Source: a virus
Virus record (IMG/VR): IMGVR_UViG_3300025133_000063
Location: 16,405-80,404 of that record
Strand: one strand, 5' to 3'
Length of the DNA stretch: 64,000 nt
The translations under genes and the position numbers were made by a program. Under the pieces are notes generated by a model that did no database searches, was not told the DNA's origin, and worked only from the letters and a program-made list of their open reading frames with translations. Below, piece by piece: positions 20,178 to 29,963 of the stretch (position 1 is its first letter; every line of letters starts with the position of its first letter).

Positions 20178-20519
20178 GTGCAGATAACAACATTAATGGA
20201 GGGTTACTTTAGAGATCGCCAGCCACACTTATCTCTAACAACTGAAAATATTTCCAAATTTTCCAATTGGGAAATAATAGAATCACCCCAACGCTTAATA
20301 AAGGATTTTCAATTTGCTAATAGATCTTTGGCTTATGAATTTTTAAGACAAATTATGTTGTACGAAAACGAAGTATTACATTACGGTAAATTAACGCTTG
20401 AAGAACTAAATGTCAGAATTGAAGTATACACGTCAGATATTGACAGTATTACGAATCTTGATTATGAGTACGCGGAATTTATAGAACAAATATTTGTTGA
20501 TGTGTGTGAATATGCCTGA
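20178..20519 (+). CDS. Pterin-4-alpha-carbinolamine dehydratase-like protein (degenerate active site)
   Basis: W....RLIKDFQF.N...AYEF...HYG.L......V...YTSD...IT.LD fits the PCD fold, with HHP changed to HYG and TH to TS. Confidence 0.6.
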   Translation: MQITTLMEGYFRDRQPHLSLTTENISKFSNWEIIESPQRLIKDFQFANRSLAYEFLRQIMLYENEVLHYGKLTLEELNVRIEVYTSDIDSITNLDYEYAEFIEQIFVDVCEYA

Positions 20520-21078
20520 TAACGAATATTTAGCGCACCTGGAATCATCTTCGGCTTTTATGAGTGAAAATCTTAGACCACGTATTAATTCTGATCGACA
20601 AACATTATCAATAAATATGTTAATTACAAATACGACTGGTCTAAAATTACAAATACAAGATATTAAAAAGATAAAGTGTAGTGCTGATAATTTTGAGGTG
20701 TGTGCCCTTTTACCGCCATCTGCAATAGATAAAGTATTGCGGGTGTATCAAGAAACAAACAACATAGTGTATGGTTCAATAAGACATAATGATATTTTGT
20801 GTGATGAATACTCGATTGAATATTCATCATCTAATGCTATGATTGTAACATTACTGTTTTCTAAATAATTAAAGTACACGGGAGGATTAATATGTCTAAT
20901 AAAGCAAATAAAACAAAGAATTACTTTGACAAATTTATTGATGATCAAATACAGCGAGAGACAACAACTACACAGCGTAAAAGGCAACGAATTGTGCCAA
21001 ATGACTTAGATGTAAAAAGAACACTACTTCGTCGATATAGGGAAAGTGTTTCACATTTAATAAAGCGAAATAAGAAAA

Positions 21079-21672
21079 ATGCCTAATTTATTATCACAAA
21101 TTGAAGAAATGATGAATAAAACAATCGAGGCCGCTCTATTAGAGGCGGCGGATGAGAAAGGTATTCAGTCAACACTTGTAAAGCGCATAAAGGCTGATGG
21201 CAGAAAGCTTAAGGCAACTAATAATGATAAGAACGTCGACGAAGTTGAAGATACAGACACTCCCTCTGGAGAGGATAGTAAATCTTCAAAGTCAGGTGGC
21301 GATATGTCGAAACGTGATGTTATTGTTCCAGATGAGCTTCCTGCATCTATAACTGTAGATATGGTAATCGATTCTATCGACGCAATTAGATCTGCTAGAT
21401 CACTTAAAAAACCTGAGGTTCGAGAAGAATTTGAAGAATACTTCAATTCACTAGATTCAGCTGAAAAAATAGCATTATTGGCATTTATGCATGGTGTTGC
21501 CCAAACACTCATTGGAAGTGATGAAGGCACTGAAGTTGATCCAGCATCAGCTCCATACAATGTTGATATGAAGGCTCGACCAGAACAATCGACCTCCCCA
21601 TCAAAAACGTCACAGGCCAATGATTCAATTGAGAAACAAGATGCAAGTATGCCAATTGTTGTTGGTGGTTAA
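21079..21672 (+). CDS. Acidic hypothetical protein, putative virion protein
   Basis: 197 aa ORF; IEAALLE leader-like segment. Confidence 0.55.
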   Translation: MPNLLSQIEEMMNKTIEAALLEAADEKGIQSTLVKRIKADGRKLKATNNDKNVDEVEDTDTPSGEDSKSSKSGGDMSKRDVIVPDELPASITVDMVIDSIDAIRSARSLKKPEVREEFEEYFNSLDSAEKIALLAFMHGVAQTLIGSDEGTEVDPASAPYNVDMKARPEQSTSPSKTSQANDSIEKQDASMPIVVGG

Positions 21673-21680
21673 TAAAAAAT

Positions 21681-21709
21681 GTGAAGATCCTTCTATTATG
21701 TGTTATAAT
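21681..21709 (+). promoter_or_regulatory. Class A promoter GTGAAG-N17-TATAAT with extended TG
   Basis: Matches the recurrent motif; intergenic. Confidence 0.8.
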
Positions 21710-21750
21710 ATATCTATAAAACGTTAATAATAACATAGGAGAGAATAGTC

Positions 21751-23007
21751 ATGGGAGGAAATGCTAAGCATATGCAGCATATTTGGGAACGTTACGACGC
21801 AACGTTTTCTGATGTATTTAAGCTGCTTAATGATTTAACAACTGGATCGATTCAGGTAACTGAAAAATTTGATGGTGCAAATATTCACTTTCGAGTTGAT
21901 AATGCTGGTACAGTTAAGTTTTCTAGAAATAAGGCTACGCTTACATCTGGTGGTTTTACGTTTCAAGATGCATTAACAATTTATCAAAATCATCCTGCAA
22001 GAGATTTGTTTGTCGAAGGTTGCCGCGTTTATGACGAGGTGTATACCGATAAGTGGTGGCCTTTCGGATATTCCGGCCGTGATTGGATTAATGCAGAAAT
22101 TGTTTTTAAGGCACAGCCACAGTTGCTAAATTATTCTGAGAGTGCAATTGTATTACATCAGGTTGCAACATTTTTACCAAGCGGTGAGAAGTTTATTGAC
22201 CATGAAAAACAAGCTAAAATTGCTAACTTAACTGAAGCATCTCAATTTACTAGTAATACCGGTCATACATGGAAATTATTTGGCCCACAAGTTATAGAAT
22301 TAACGAATGATTCTGGCACTGGATATTTAACTGAAGCGATAAGTAGGTTACGGCAATGCATGTACGCAGCTGGTCTTAGTGAACATAATACATTACAAGA
22401 TTTTCTACGTCATTCTATTTATGAAGGATTTGTGTCAAAAATTAGAACATCCCAACACGTTAAGTCAAAGCTTGCTGATAAAATTAGTGGTGTAGATACA
22501 TCTATTAGACTAGTTGATTTAAAACGTAATCAACCACCTGGAGTTATTAAGCAGATTAGTGAATATGGCCAGCGTAAAAATGAAGCTAAGTTACAAAAAG
22601 CTGCCATGCGCCCAATTATTAGTACATTGGACACCTTTGCGTCTGCTCGTCTTTCAAATGTAACCTCGGTACTAATCGATGATCCTATTTTTGAACGTAA
22701 TAGAATTATGCGAGAAATTACAGAGCTTGGTGTACTTGTTGATACATACCAAGATGCGTTTTCTGTAGAAAGAAAAGCCTTATTCAACGACTTGTTCAAT
22801 GAATGGAACACCGTTGAAAGGCGCCCAGCTGCTATTGAAGGTGTTACATTTAACTTTCTTGGTACAACGACAAAAATAACAGGTGGCTTCGCAAGCTTAA
22901 ACCAACTTCTTGGCTTAAGGAAATATGGACGAGGTAAAATTCCAGGTATGATAGAGCCAAGCTCTAAGCAAAATATTAACTTAACTGACTTTTTTGCGCT
23001 GGAGTGA
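21751..23007 (+). CDS. Ligase-like covalent nucleotidyltransferase-fold protein
   Basis: Motif I TEKFDGAN (KxDG), NAEIV, EGVTF and KITG. Confidence 0.55.
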   Translation: MGGNAKHMQHIWERYDATFSDVFKLLNDLTTGSIQVTEKFDGANIHFRVDNAGTVKFSRNKATLTSGGFTFQDALTIYQNHPARDLFVEGCRVYDEVYTDKWWPFGYSGRDWINAEIVFKAQPQLLNYSESAIVLHQVATFLPSGEKFIDHEKQAKIANLTEASQFTSNTGHTWKLFGPQVIELTNDSGTGYLTEAISRLRQCMYAAGLSEHNTLQDFLRHSIYEGFVSKIRTSQHVKSKLADKISGVDTSIRLVDLKRNQPPGVIKQISEYGQRKNEAKLQKAAMRPIISTLDTFASARLSNVTSVLIDDPIFERNRIMREITELGVLVDTYQDAFSVERKALFNDLFNEWNTVERRPAAIEGVTFNFLGTTTKITGGFASLNQLLGLRKYGRGKIPGMIEPSSKQNINLTDFFALE

Positions 23008-23028
23008 CATAGTTATATGATACGATAG

Positions 23029-24252
23029 GTGTTTAATATGAGTAAAGAAACGGAGGTTTTCCTTCGAGCCGAAATTAAGGATTGTCTTTATACAAAATAT
23101 TTTTATAAAAAGCAATTACACGAAAATTATGCTATAAATATGAGTTCAGATGAATTTGCAAAAATATTCATTAATCCATGGAAGAATGCAGTTAAAAATG
23201 CATTTAATGAATTAAAGAAAATTGCAAGTCAAGCAGTTACAACTGTTCGTCTCGCATTTACATTGAATCAGAAAAAAGCAGAAGAAATAGTAGCTCGTCA
23301 AAAAGATAGAATGAAGCATCTTGATGCAAAAACAAAAGATTTAATGGGTAAATTGGATGCTGACAATACGGATTTAAATATTTTATTTTTTGCAGCTTCT
23401 CCTGGTGCATTTGCAGCAAAGGCATTATTTCAAGGTGCCGAAGCAGTTGGCAAAGGGACTATTGATTTTGCAAAAGAGGTTGGTTTAAGCGACAAGTCAA
23501 TTAAAACATTTAAGGGTGAGGAGACTGAGGAGGATGCTCTCGTCCGCCGGCGGAAAGAAGACGGTCCAGTAAAGAAAGCCCTCCGCGGATTGGAACAAAT
23601 ATTTTTTTTAGCCCATGCAGCACCATCTGGTAATTTAATTGTAGAGTCAGCCTTGAGTCAAGAGGCAATCGAGAAGGAAATCATGGCCGGTCCTTATGGT
23701 GATACTATAAGGGAATATCGGGAAGGTTTTGAGAGTGACATGAATACCTTTATGACACTTGTAAAGCAGGTTGCTGCCCAAAATGCATTTCTTTCATCGA
23801 TTGCTCGTATAGAAACAGCCGAAAATCCCTCAAAGGGACTTGCTCAAATGGATCTTGCTTTAAACGAACTTGCCAAAAATGATCCAGAAGCAGCTGCTAA
23901 GTTTAAAATATTGCCAGCAGAGATAAAGAAAGAAGCCCTTGCATTAGCAGACAGTAAGAAATTTCAAGATGAAGTAAAATCACAAAGTTCTGAAGACGAA
24001 GAGCTTAGCAAAGAACAAATATCTGATAAGGCCCTCTTAGCTGTTATGGGCGCAACGTTTAAAGACAACATAAAGGAATACATTTCTGCAATTAATGAAA
24101 ATAATGGTCTTATTGACAAAACATTACAGAGTATGTTAAACGCTACAGAAATTAATAAAGATCTTGTCGCAAGTATTGATTTAATGATGCCTGGTTTTAA
24201 AAAATCAATAATGATTGCTGAAAAATTATTACAACGAAGAATTATTGTATAG
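23029..24252 (+). CDS. Helical hypothetical protein, putative virion protein
   Basis: 407 aa; FLRAEIKDCL..QLHE leader-like segment; ATAGTTA upstream. Confidence 0.55.
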   Translation: MFNMSKETEVFLRAEIKDCLYTKYFYKKQLHENYAINMSSDEFAKIFINPWKNAVKNAFNELKKIASQAVTTVRLAFTLNQKKAEEIVARQKDRMKHLDAKTKDLMGKLDADNTDLNILFFAASPGAFAAKALFQGAEAVGKGTIDFAKEVGLSDKSIKTFKGEETEEDALVRRRKEDGPVKKALRGLEQIFFLAHAAPSGNLIVESALSQEAIEKEIMAGPYGDTIREYREGFESDMNTFMTLVKQVAAQNAFLSSIARIETAENPSKGLAQMDLALNELAKNDPEAAAKFKILPAEIKKEALALADSKKFQDEVKSQSSEDEELSKEQISDKALLAVMGATFKDNIKEYISAINENNGLIDKTLQSMLNATEINKDLVASIDLMMPGFKKSIMIAEKLLQRRIIV

Positions 24253-24309
24253 TTTACATTTAAATTGTGAGCGTTATGTTTAATCATAAAAATATTAACG
24301 AGGTTTTTT

Positions 24310-24642
24310 ATGTCTAATAACAATTGGTATCCAGAAATTATGTACGAAGAAGATTCAAAAATCCCATTCGTTCCAGTCCCTGAGGGTGAAAAAATGCCCG
24401 ATCTTTTATTTATGTTCGAAAGTCGTGAGACTGGAGAGTTTGAGCCAGATCAGGATGGAAATCCTTTACCAATAATTCAAATGGATTTGTATCAATATGC
24501 AAATATGTCAATTCTTAAAAGTGCTTTGACACCAAAGGCGTTTGATAAAGTTAGATCTGCTCTTGGTCTTGAATCATTACTAGAGGCTGCAGAGAAAGGA
24601 AATAAAATAACAAATAATATCAAAAATACATTAGAAAAATGA
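24310..24642 (+). CDS. Hypothetical protein
   Basis: 110 aa ORF with GAGG ribosome binding site. Confidence 0.6.
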   Translation: MSNNNWYPEIMYEEDSKIPFVPVPEGEKMPDLLFMFESRETGEFEPDQDGNPLPIIQMDLYQYANMSILKSALTPKAFDKVRSALGLESLLEAAEKGNKITNNIKNTLEK

Positions 24643-24667
24643 ACTCTTAACACAAACCTGTTATAAT
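24639..24667 (+). promoter_or_regulatory. Class A promoter ATGAAC-N17-TATAAT with extended TG
   Basis: Matches the recurrent motif. Confidence 0.7.
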
Positions 24668-24690
24668 AAAAACAGCTTGGAGGAAGTATT

Positions 24691-25344
24691 TTGAATTGTT
24701 ACGTTACAAAAGAAATGACCGCAACTGCATTGGAAAATATGCAAAAATTTTATGGAGATCTTGTATCTCTTTATAAACAATATGGTATTAATGTCGAATC
24801 AGATTTAGGTCGCCGCAATATGCTTATGTCGTCTTTACAAGAAAAGATGTTTGCAGAGCAAATAAAGTTAACATATCCGAGTGCATACTCAGATGGTAAA
24901 ACAGGTGAGCCAGATATTGTTATTCCAGAAATTGATTCTGAACTTGAATGTAAATTAACAAGTAAGGGAAAATCTGGTAGTTGGCAATTACAAACCGACT
25001 ATGGCACTTTAAAAGTGAAAGGTTCGCTTGATTATCTGTATGTTTTGGCATCAAATGATTTTTCTGAATTTGCGGTATTATTTTTTAAACAATTGACAAA
25101 CGATGATTTTTATCCTCCCGCCCCCGGGAGTAGAGGTAAATCAAGAATGCGCCTATCTACTGCACTAAAGAAATGTACTATTCTTTGTGGAGATTATACA
25201 GATAAGAGCCTTGCTTATTTAGCCGCTGCCCATGAAGTAATTGATAATAAAACAAGTTCAAATTACGAATTAAAAAAGGCGCTATCAAGAATCGAACATT
25301 GGACAAACACGTCAAAGATTTCATTCGCGCTTGAGGCAGTATGA
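24691..25344 (+). CDS. PD-(D/E)XK restriction-endonuclease-like nuclease
   Basis: QEKMF...GEPDIVI...ELECKLT gives an E..PD..ExK pattern. Confidence 0.6.
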   Translation: MNCYVTKEMTATALENMQKFYGDLVSLYKQYGINVESDLGRRNMLMSSLQEKMFAEQIKLTYPSAYSDGKTGEPDIVIPEIDSELECKLTSKGKSGSWQLQTDYGTLKVKGSLDYLYVLASNDFSEFAVLFFKQLTNDDFYPPAPGSRGKSRMRLSTALKKCTILCGDYTDKSLAYLAAAHEVIDNKTSSNYELKKALSRIEHWTNTSKISFALEAV

Positions 25345-25753
25345 TGGCATTTGGTGTTGGTAAAATTTTATACTTGTTGTCAAACAAAAATCTAAAAATA
25401 GTTGCTGCAAGAGTTGAAGCGGTTACGACAGTTGAAAGTGTTGCTGGCAGTAAAACAACACATCAGGTTTCTGTTCTTGGATATGATGACAATATTGTTT
25501 TAGAGACTTTGGACGTAAAGCCCTTTGTGGATGTTGCGGTATTAAAAGAACATCTCTTAAAAGTAATTAGTGATAAAGTAAATTCAGAAGTGGCAGATGT
25601 CGTTAATTTAGCCAGCACAGAATGGAATCTGACAGATGCTGATAAAGATTTATCAACAATTGGTGAAGTTGTTGGTTCCAGTGTTGATGACACCGTTCAC
25701 GTTGAATTAGGCGATGGTGTACGAGCTCGAGTGCATATTCCAAAGGAACTACT

Positions 25754-26590
25754 ATGAACGTTGTTTTTTATGATGCGTACAATTTAATTTATCGTGCAAA
25801 ACATGCTCTTCCTCATCATATGCAGAAATCTAGCTTTGGTATTCTTTTTGCTTTTTTTCGATCATTCGCTGCAGTCAATAGAAAATTGCAGCCAGATCTT
25901 GCGTATTTTGTAACTGAAGGTACACCGGTTGAGCGATTACAATTGTTACCAGAATATAAAGGAAATCGTGTTTATGAAAAAGATGATAATTTTATTTCTC
26001 AGCGTAGAAAGATAATTGAAATAATGGCAAGTGATATGCCTGTTGTTGTTGCAAATCACTTAAATCACGAATGTGATGATATTCTTGCTCACCTTGTAAA
26101 GAAACACGCCAAATTGGGAGATGACGTTACCGTTGTATCAACAGACACTGATTTTTTACAACTTGCAAATACGGTTGATGGTTATAAGCAATATGATCCA
26201 ATTAGAAAAGCGTATAAAATTTTACCAGAACACGACTATATATCATGGAAGGCCCTTGTTGGTGATTCAAGTGATAATATCTCGGGATTCAAAGGGATTG
26301 GTAACAAGCGTGCCTTGGGTTTTTTAGATGATACCAAAAAATTAAACGATTTTTTATTACTCGATAATAACAGCGAGAAGTTTCTACTTAATAAAAAGCT
26401 AATTTCGTTTATCGATGTTACTAATACCGAACACATGATTACACTTAGTAAGTGCAGCCCAAATTGGGATACCTTATTTAAAACATTTTCAGATATGAAT
26501 CTTAAGTCAATTATTTCCAATAAAGGTTGGACAAATTTTATCGATGCTTTTGGAGGGTGTTGTGGAGCAAATGAAAACAGTAGACACTGA
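25754..26590 (+). CDS. 5'-3' exonuclease / flap endonuclease (PolA N-terminal, T4 RNase H-like)
   Basis: DAYNLIYRA, YKGNR, ECDD, STDTDFLQL, LVGDSSDNI.G.KGIG.KRA. Confidence 0.92.
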   Translation: MNVVFYDAYNLIYRAKHALPHHMQKSSFGILFAFFRSFAAVNRKLQPDLAYFVTEGTPVERLQLLPEYKGNRVYEKDDNFISQRRKIIEIMASDMPVVVANHLNHECDDILAHLVKKHAKLGDDVTVVSTDTDFLQLANTVDGYKQYDPIRKAYKILPEHDYISWKALVGDSSDNISGFKGIGNKRALGFLDDTKKLNDFLLLDNNSEKFLLNKKLISFIDVTNTEHMITLSKCSPNWDTLFKTFSDMNLKSIISNKGWTNFIDAFGGCCGANENSRH

Positions 26591-26764
26591 AACTCAGGTA
26601 CTACTTCGTACTAAAGGTTTAATTGGTGAACAAGAAGTTGTTCATATACAAGGTGATTTGCTTGTCGTAGTAAATGTTGTTGAGAATTCTCGACGTATAT
26701 TAGGGCCGGCAGCTAATTTTTTAAACGAGTCCGTAAATAAACGAATATTAAAAGGGTAAAGAGT

Positions 26765-28345
26765 ATGGACGTTGCCGCTAAAGAAGTTATATTTAAGGAC
26801 GATTCACAGGAAAAATTGGCCAAAGGTGTTAATGTGCTTGCGGACGCAGTCCGTGTTACAATGGGCCCGGGTGGAGAAAATGTAATTATAGAAACTGAAT
26901 CCGGTCCACCAATTTTAACGAAAGATGGTGTCACAGTTGCTAAAGCAATTGCTCTTTCGCTTCCATTTCAAAACATGGGTGTTCAGGCCGTTAAAGAAGC
27001 CGCGGCTAAAACTGCCGAAACGGCCGGCGATGGTACTACCACTGCAACTGTTTTAACTCAAGTACTTGTTAATAAAGGTCAAAAGCTTGTCGCTGCCGGT
27101 CATAATCCAGTAAAAATTAGAAAAGGTATTAAACTTGCAACAGCTGAGATTCTTAAAGAATTAAAAGAAAACTCATACCCTGTTGAAAGCGATGATGAAA
27201 TTATAAATGTTGGTGCAATTTCTGCGAATGGTGATAAGCAAATAGGTGTATTCCTTGCTGAGGCTATGTCTCATGTTGGTAGAGATGGCGTGATTACCGT
27301 TGATGAAGCCCGAGGGTTTGATACCACACTCGAAATCGTAGATGGTTTTGAGTTAAACAGGGGATTTATATCACCATATTTTATTACCAATCAAGGCCGT
27401 GGTGTTGTTGAGTTTGATAACCCAAAGATTCTTTTAGCGAATAGACGAATATCAGCCGTTCAGGACTTAGTGCCGTTGTTAGAATCTGTCCGTCGCCAAT
27501 CGGAAAATTTGCTTATTATTGCAGACGACGTCGATGGCGACGCACTCAAGGTTTGTGTTCTAAACAACTTAAAGTCAATTATCAAAATTTGTGTAATTCG
27601 ATCTCCTGGATTTGGAAATATGCGTGCTGAATCACTAAATGACTTGTCACTTCTATTTGATACAAAAGTATATACTCAAGGCGAAAATCTACCAGCAGAC
27701 GTTTCAGAACTTGGTACATGTGAGAAGTTTACAAGTTATCGAAATTCGTCAATTTTTGTTGGCACGTCAACTAATAGTACAGATCAGATTGTCAATCGAC
27801 TCGACGCTGTAATAGAAATGTCAAACAATCCTGGAATTACACCACAGGAACATCAATACTTACAACGCCGGCAGGCTGTGCTAAGTGGTGGAATAGCAGT
27901 AATTAGAGTTGGTGGTTCAACTGATTTAGAGCTTCGAGAAAGAAAAGATAGAATTGACGATGCAGTTTGTGCCACCAGGGCAGCAGCAAGAAGCGGAATT
28001 GTTGAAGGTGGTGGTTTTGCATTAATTAGGGCAAGTAATAAAGTTGCTAAGCTTGATAATACTATCCTTGATAAGGATGTTCTGGCTGGTTGGAATCTTC
28101 TATTATCAGCTGTGTCCGCACCAGCCCAGCAAATTGTTTCTAATGCTGGATATGTTCCTGAAATTATAATGGCAAAATTACTTGAAGATCCAACCATTGG
28201 TTTTAATTCTAGAACGGGCGAATGGGTAAACCTTAGAGAGACAGGCGTAATCGATCCACTTCTTGTAGTAGAATCAGCACTAATTCATGCCTCATCTGCA
28301 GCAATGAACTTGTTATCAGTTGGTTGTGCAATTGCAAATGAATAA
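26765..28345 (+). CDS. groEL: Group I chaperonin
   Basis: VTMGPGG.NV, TKDGVTVAK, AGDGTTTA, ISANGD, GGIAVIRVGG and GVIDP; no GGM tail. Confidence 0.95.
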   Translation: MDVAAKEVIFKDDSQEKLAKGVNVLADAVRVTMGPGGENVIIETESGPPILTKDGVTVAKAIALSLPFQNMGVQAVKEAAAKTAETAGDGTTTATVLTQVLVNKGQKLVAAGHNPVKIRKGIKLATAEILKELKENSYPVESDDEIINVGAISANGDKQIGVFLAEAMSHVGRDGVITVDEARGFDTTLEIVDGFELNRGFISPYFITNQGRGVVEFDNPKILLANRRISAVQDLVPLLESVRRQSENLLIIADDVDGDALKVCVLNNLKSIIKICVIRSPGFGNMRAESLNDLSLLFDTKVYTQGENLPADVSELGTCEKFTSYRNSSIFVGTSTNSTDQIVNRLDAVIEMSNNPGITPQEHQYLQRRQAVLSGGIAVIRVGGSTDLELRERKDRIDDAVCATRAAARSGIVEGGGFALIRASNKVAKLDNTILDKDVLAGWNLLLSAVSAPAQQIVSNAGYVPEIIMAKLLEDPTIGFNSRTGEWVNLRETGVIDPLLVVESALIHASSAAMNLLSVGCAIANE

Positions 28346-28359
28346 AAGTGAATGAAATT

Positions 28360-28388
28360 GTGAAAGTTTCCTTTACATGTGGTATAAT
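28360..28388 (+). promoter_or_regulatory. Class A promoter GTGAAA-N17-TATAAT with extended TG, upstream of the sigma operon
   Basis: Matches the recurrent motif. Confidence 0.8.
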
Positions 28389-28606
28389 ATAAACATAACA
28401 AATGAGGCATGGTGATAAATGTCTAAAGAGTTAACTGTTGATATGACTACATATGTAGAAATACAACGACTACGAAAACGAATAAGAATATTGTTACAAC
28501 TAATAAAAGACGGAAATTTGTCAAAGGAGAAAGAACTTGAATTGCAGTTAGAACATTGTTATTTACAACGTGAATTAGAAATTTTTGAAAAGGATTATAG
28601 AAAAAA

Positions 28607-29374
28607 ATGAATTTAGACGCTTTCTTTAAAGAAGTAGGTCAACACAAATTGTTGACAAGAGAACAAGAGGTACAATTGGCACAAGCTATTGAGGGTGGTG
28701 ATAAACTAGCTCGTGATAGAATGATTCAAAGCAATTTGCGCTTAGCCATTAGTATTGCAAAGCAGTATAATAAAAGTGGTTGTGCACTTGAAGATTTGAT
28801 TCAAGAATCAACTGTTGGGTTGATGGAGGCTGTCGATCGATTTGATTGGCGTCGAGGCTTTAAGTTTTCCACCTATGCATGTTGGTGGATTAAACAGGCT
28901 GTGCGTAAGCATGTAACATCTCATTCATCAATGATTCGTCTACCTAATCATGCTAGAACAGTTTTGTGGCAAGCAGGACAGCTTAAGAAAGACTACGTTA
29001 AATCTTTTGGTAAGGAGCCAACATTAGACGAGATCGCAGAGGCCCTTGGTCTTCCAACTAAATCTTTACGCTCATTATATCAAAGCGCTGGTACAATGAT
29101 GTCTTTAGATGCAACAGTTGGCTCAAAGGATGAGGGATCTCGAAAACTATATGAAGTGATTCCAGATGAAGGTGCAACAATTGTTGAAAAAATGGTTCGT
29201 CAAGATACACAAGATGTTATTCGTAAAGCGCTGGTGTCTTTATCTGCTCGCGAAGAAAAAGTTATTAGGCTTCGTTTTGGTATAACGGCCGATAGAAATG
29301 ATTCAGATAATTTCCCAATTACTCAAAATGAGCTCAAAGAGCTTGAAGGAAGAATTAAAAATGCCAATGCCTAA
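28607..29374 (+). CDS. Sigma70-family sigma factor lacking the region 4.2 HTH
   Basis: LLTREQEVQLA, NLRLAISIAK, DLIQE, RGFKFSTYACWWIKQA, IRLP, EPT.DEIA and LSAREEKVIRLRFGI; the protein ends 29 aa later. Confidence 0.92.
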   Translation: MNLDAFFKEVGQHKLLTREQEVQLAQAIEGGDKLARDRMIQSNLRLAISIAKQYNKSGCALEDLIQESTVGLMEAVDRFDWRRGFKFSTYACWWIKQAVRKHVTSHSSMIRLPNHARTVLWQAGQLKKDYVKSFGKEPTLDEIAEALGLPTKSLRSLYQSAGTMMSLDATVGSKDEGSRKLYEVIPDEGATIVEKMVRQDTQDVIRKALVSLSAREEKVIRLRFGITADRNDSDNFPITQNELKELEGRIKNANA

Positions 29375-29639
29375 AGGATATACTAGTAAATTTGGTTATG
29401 CTTCAGTAGCATCAGATGATGATTGTTTGACCTACCGTGAAATCGCAGAAATTATGACCGCTGATGGTGATAAGATTAATCACAGTACTGCACGTAACAT
29501 TTTTCTTCGTGCAATGCGTAAAATTGCAAGCGAAGTTACATCGAGTTATGCAGTTGAAGATAGCTGTAATAGCAATGACATTGCGGAGGATCCACGGTTT
29601 CAGGCAGCAATTCAAGAGTTGGCAACTGAATTTTTGTAA
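29361..29639 (+). CDS. Sigma region 4.2-like HTH protein
   Basis: LTYREIAEIM...INHSTARNIFLRAMRKI. It has its own GAAGGA ribosome binding site and overlaps the sigma stop. Confidence 0.7.
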   Translation: MPMPKGYTSKFGYASVASDDDCLTYREIAEIMTADGDKINHSTARNIFLRAMRKIASEVTSSYAVEDSCNSNDIAEDPRFQAAIQELATEFL

Positions 29640-29666
29640 TATTTATAAACATCAAGGAGATAAAAG

Positions 29667-29963
29667 ATGTCAATTTCATGGAATTTTTACGTTAAACGTC
29701 GAAAGATAAATGTTGAAGAATTTGTTAGATCTAAAAAATGTAAGACTTATAATGAGTTTTGTAATGCCCTCAATCAGCATGATGTAATACCACCGCTTGA
29801 AAAAGAAGTGTCAGCGTATTTTGTTAAGTCTCCGCCCAAACCTCGGGTCCGGCCACCACAAAAAGCAAAACCATTAAAGAAGCCTTCGCCTAAAGAGCAG
29901 GTTAAAGATAGTGAATCTAAGCCTGAGCCTAAAGTGAAAAAAAGTTCAAAAAGCGCAACATAA
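29667..29963 (+). CDS. Basic hypothetical protein with Pro/Lys-rich tail
   Basis: AAGGAG ribosome binding site; ATATTTA upstream. Confidence 0.6.
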   Translation: MSISWNFYVKRRKINVEEFVRSKKCKTYNEFCNALNQHDVIPPLEKEVSAYFVKSPPKPRVRPPQKAKPLKKPSPKEQVKDSESKPEPKVKKSSKSAT

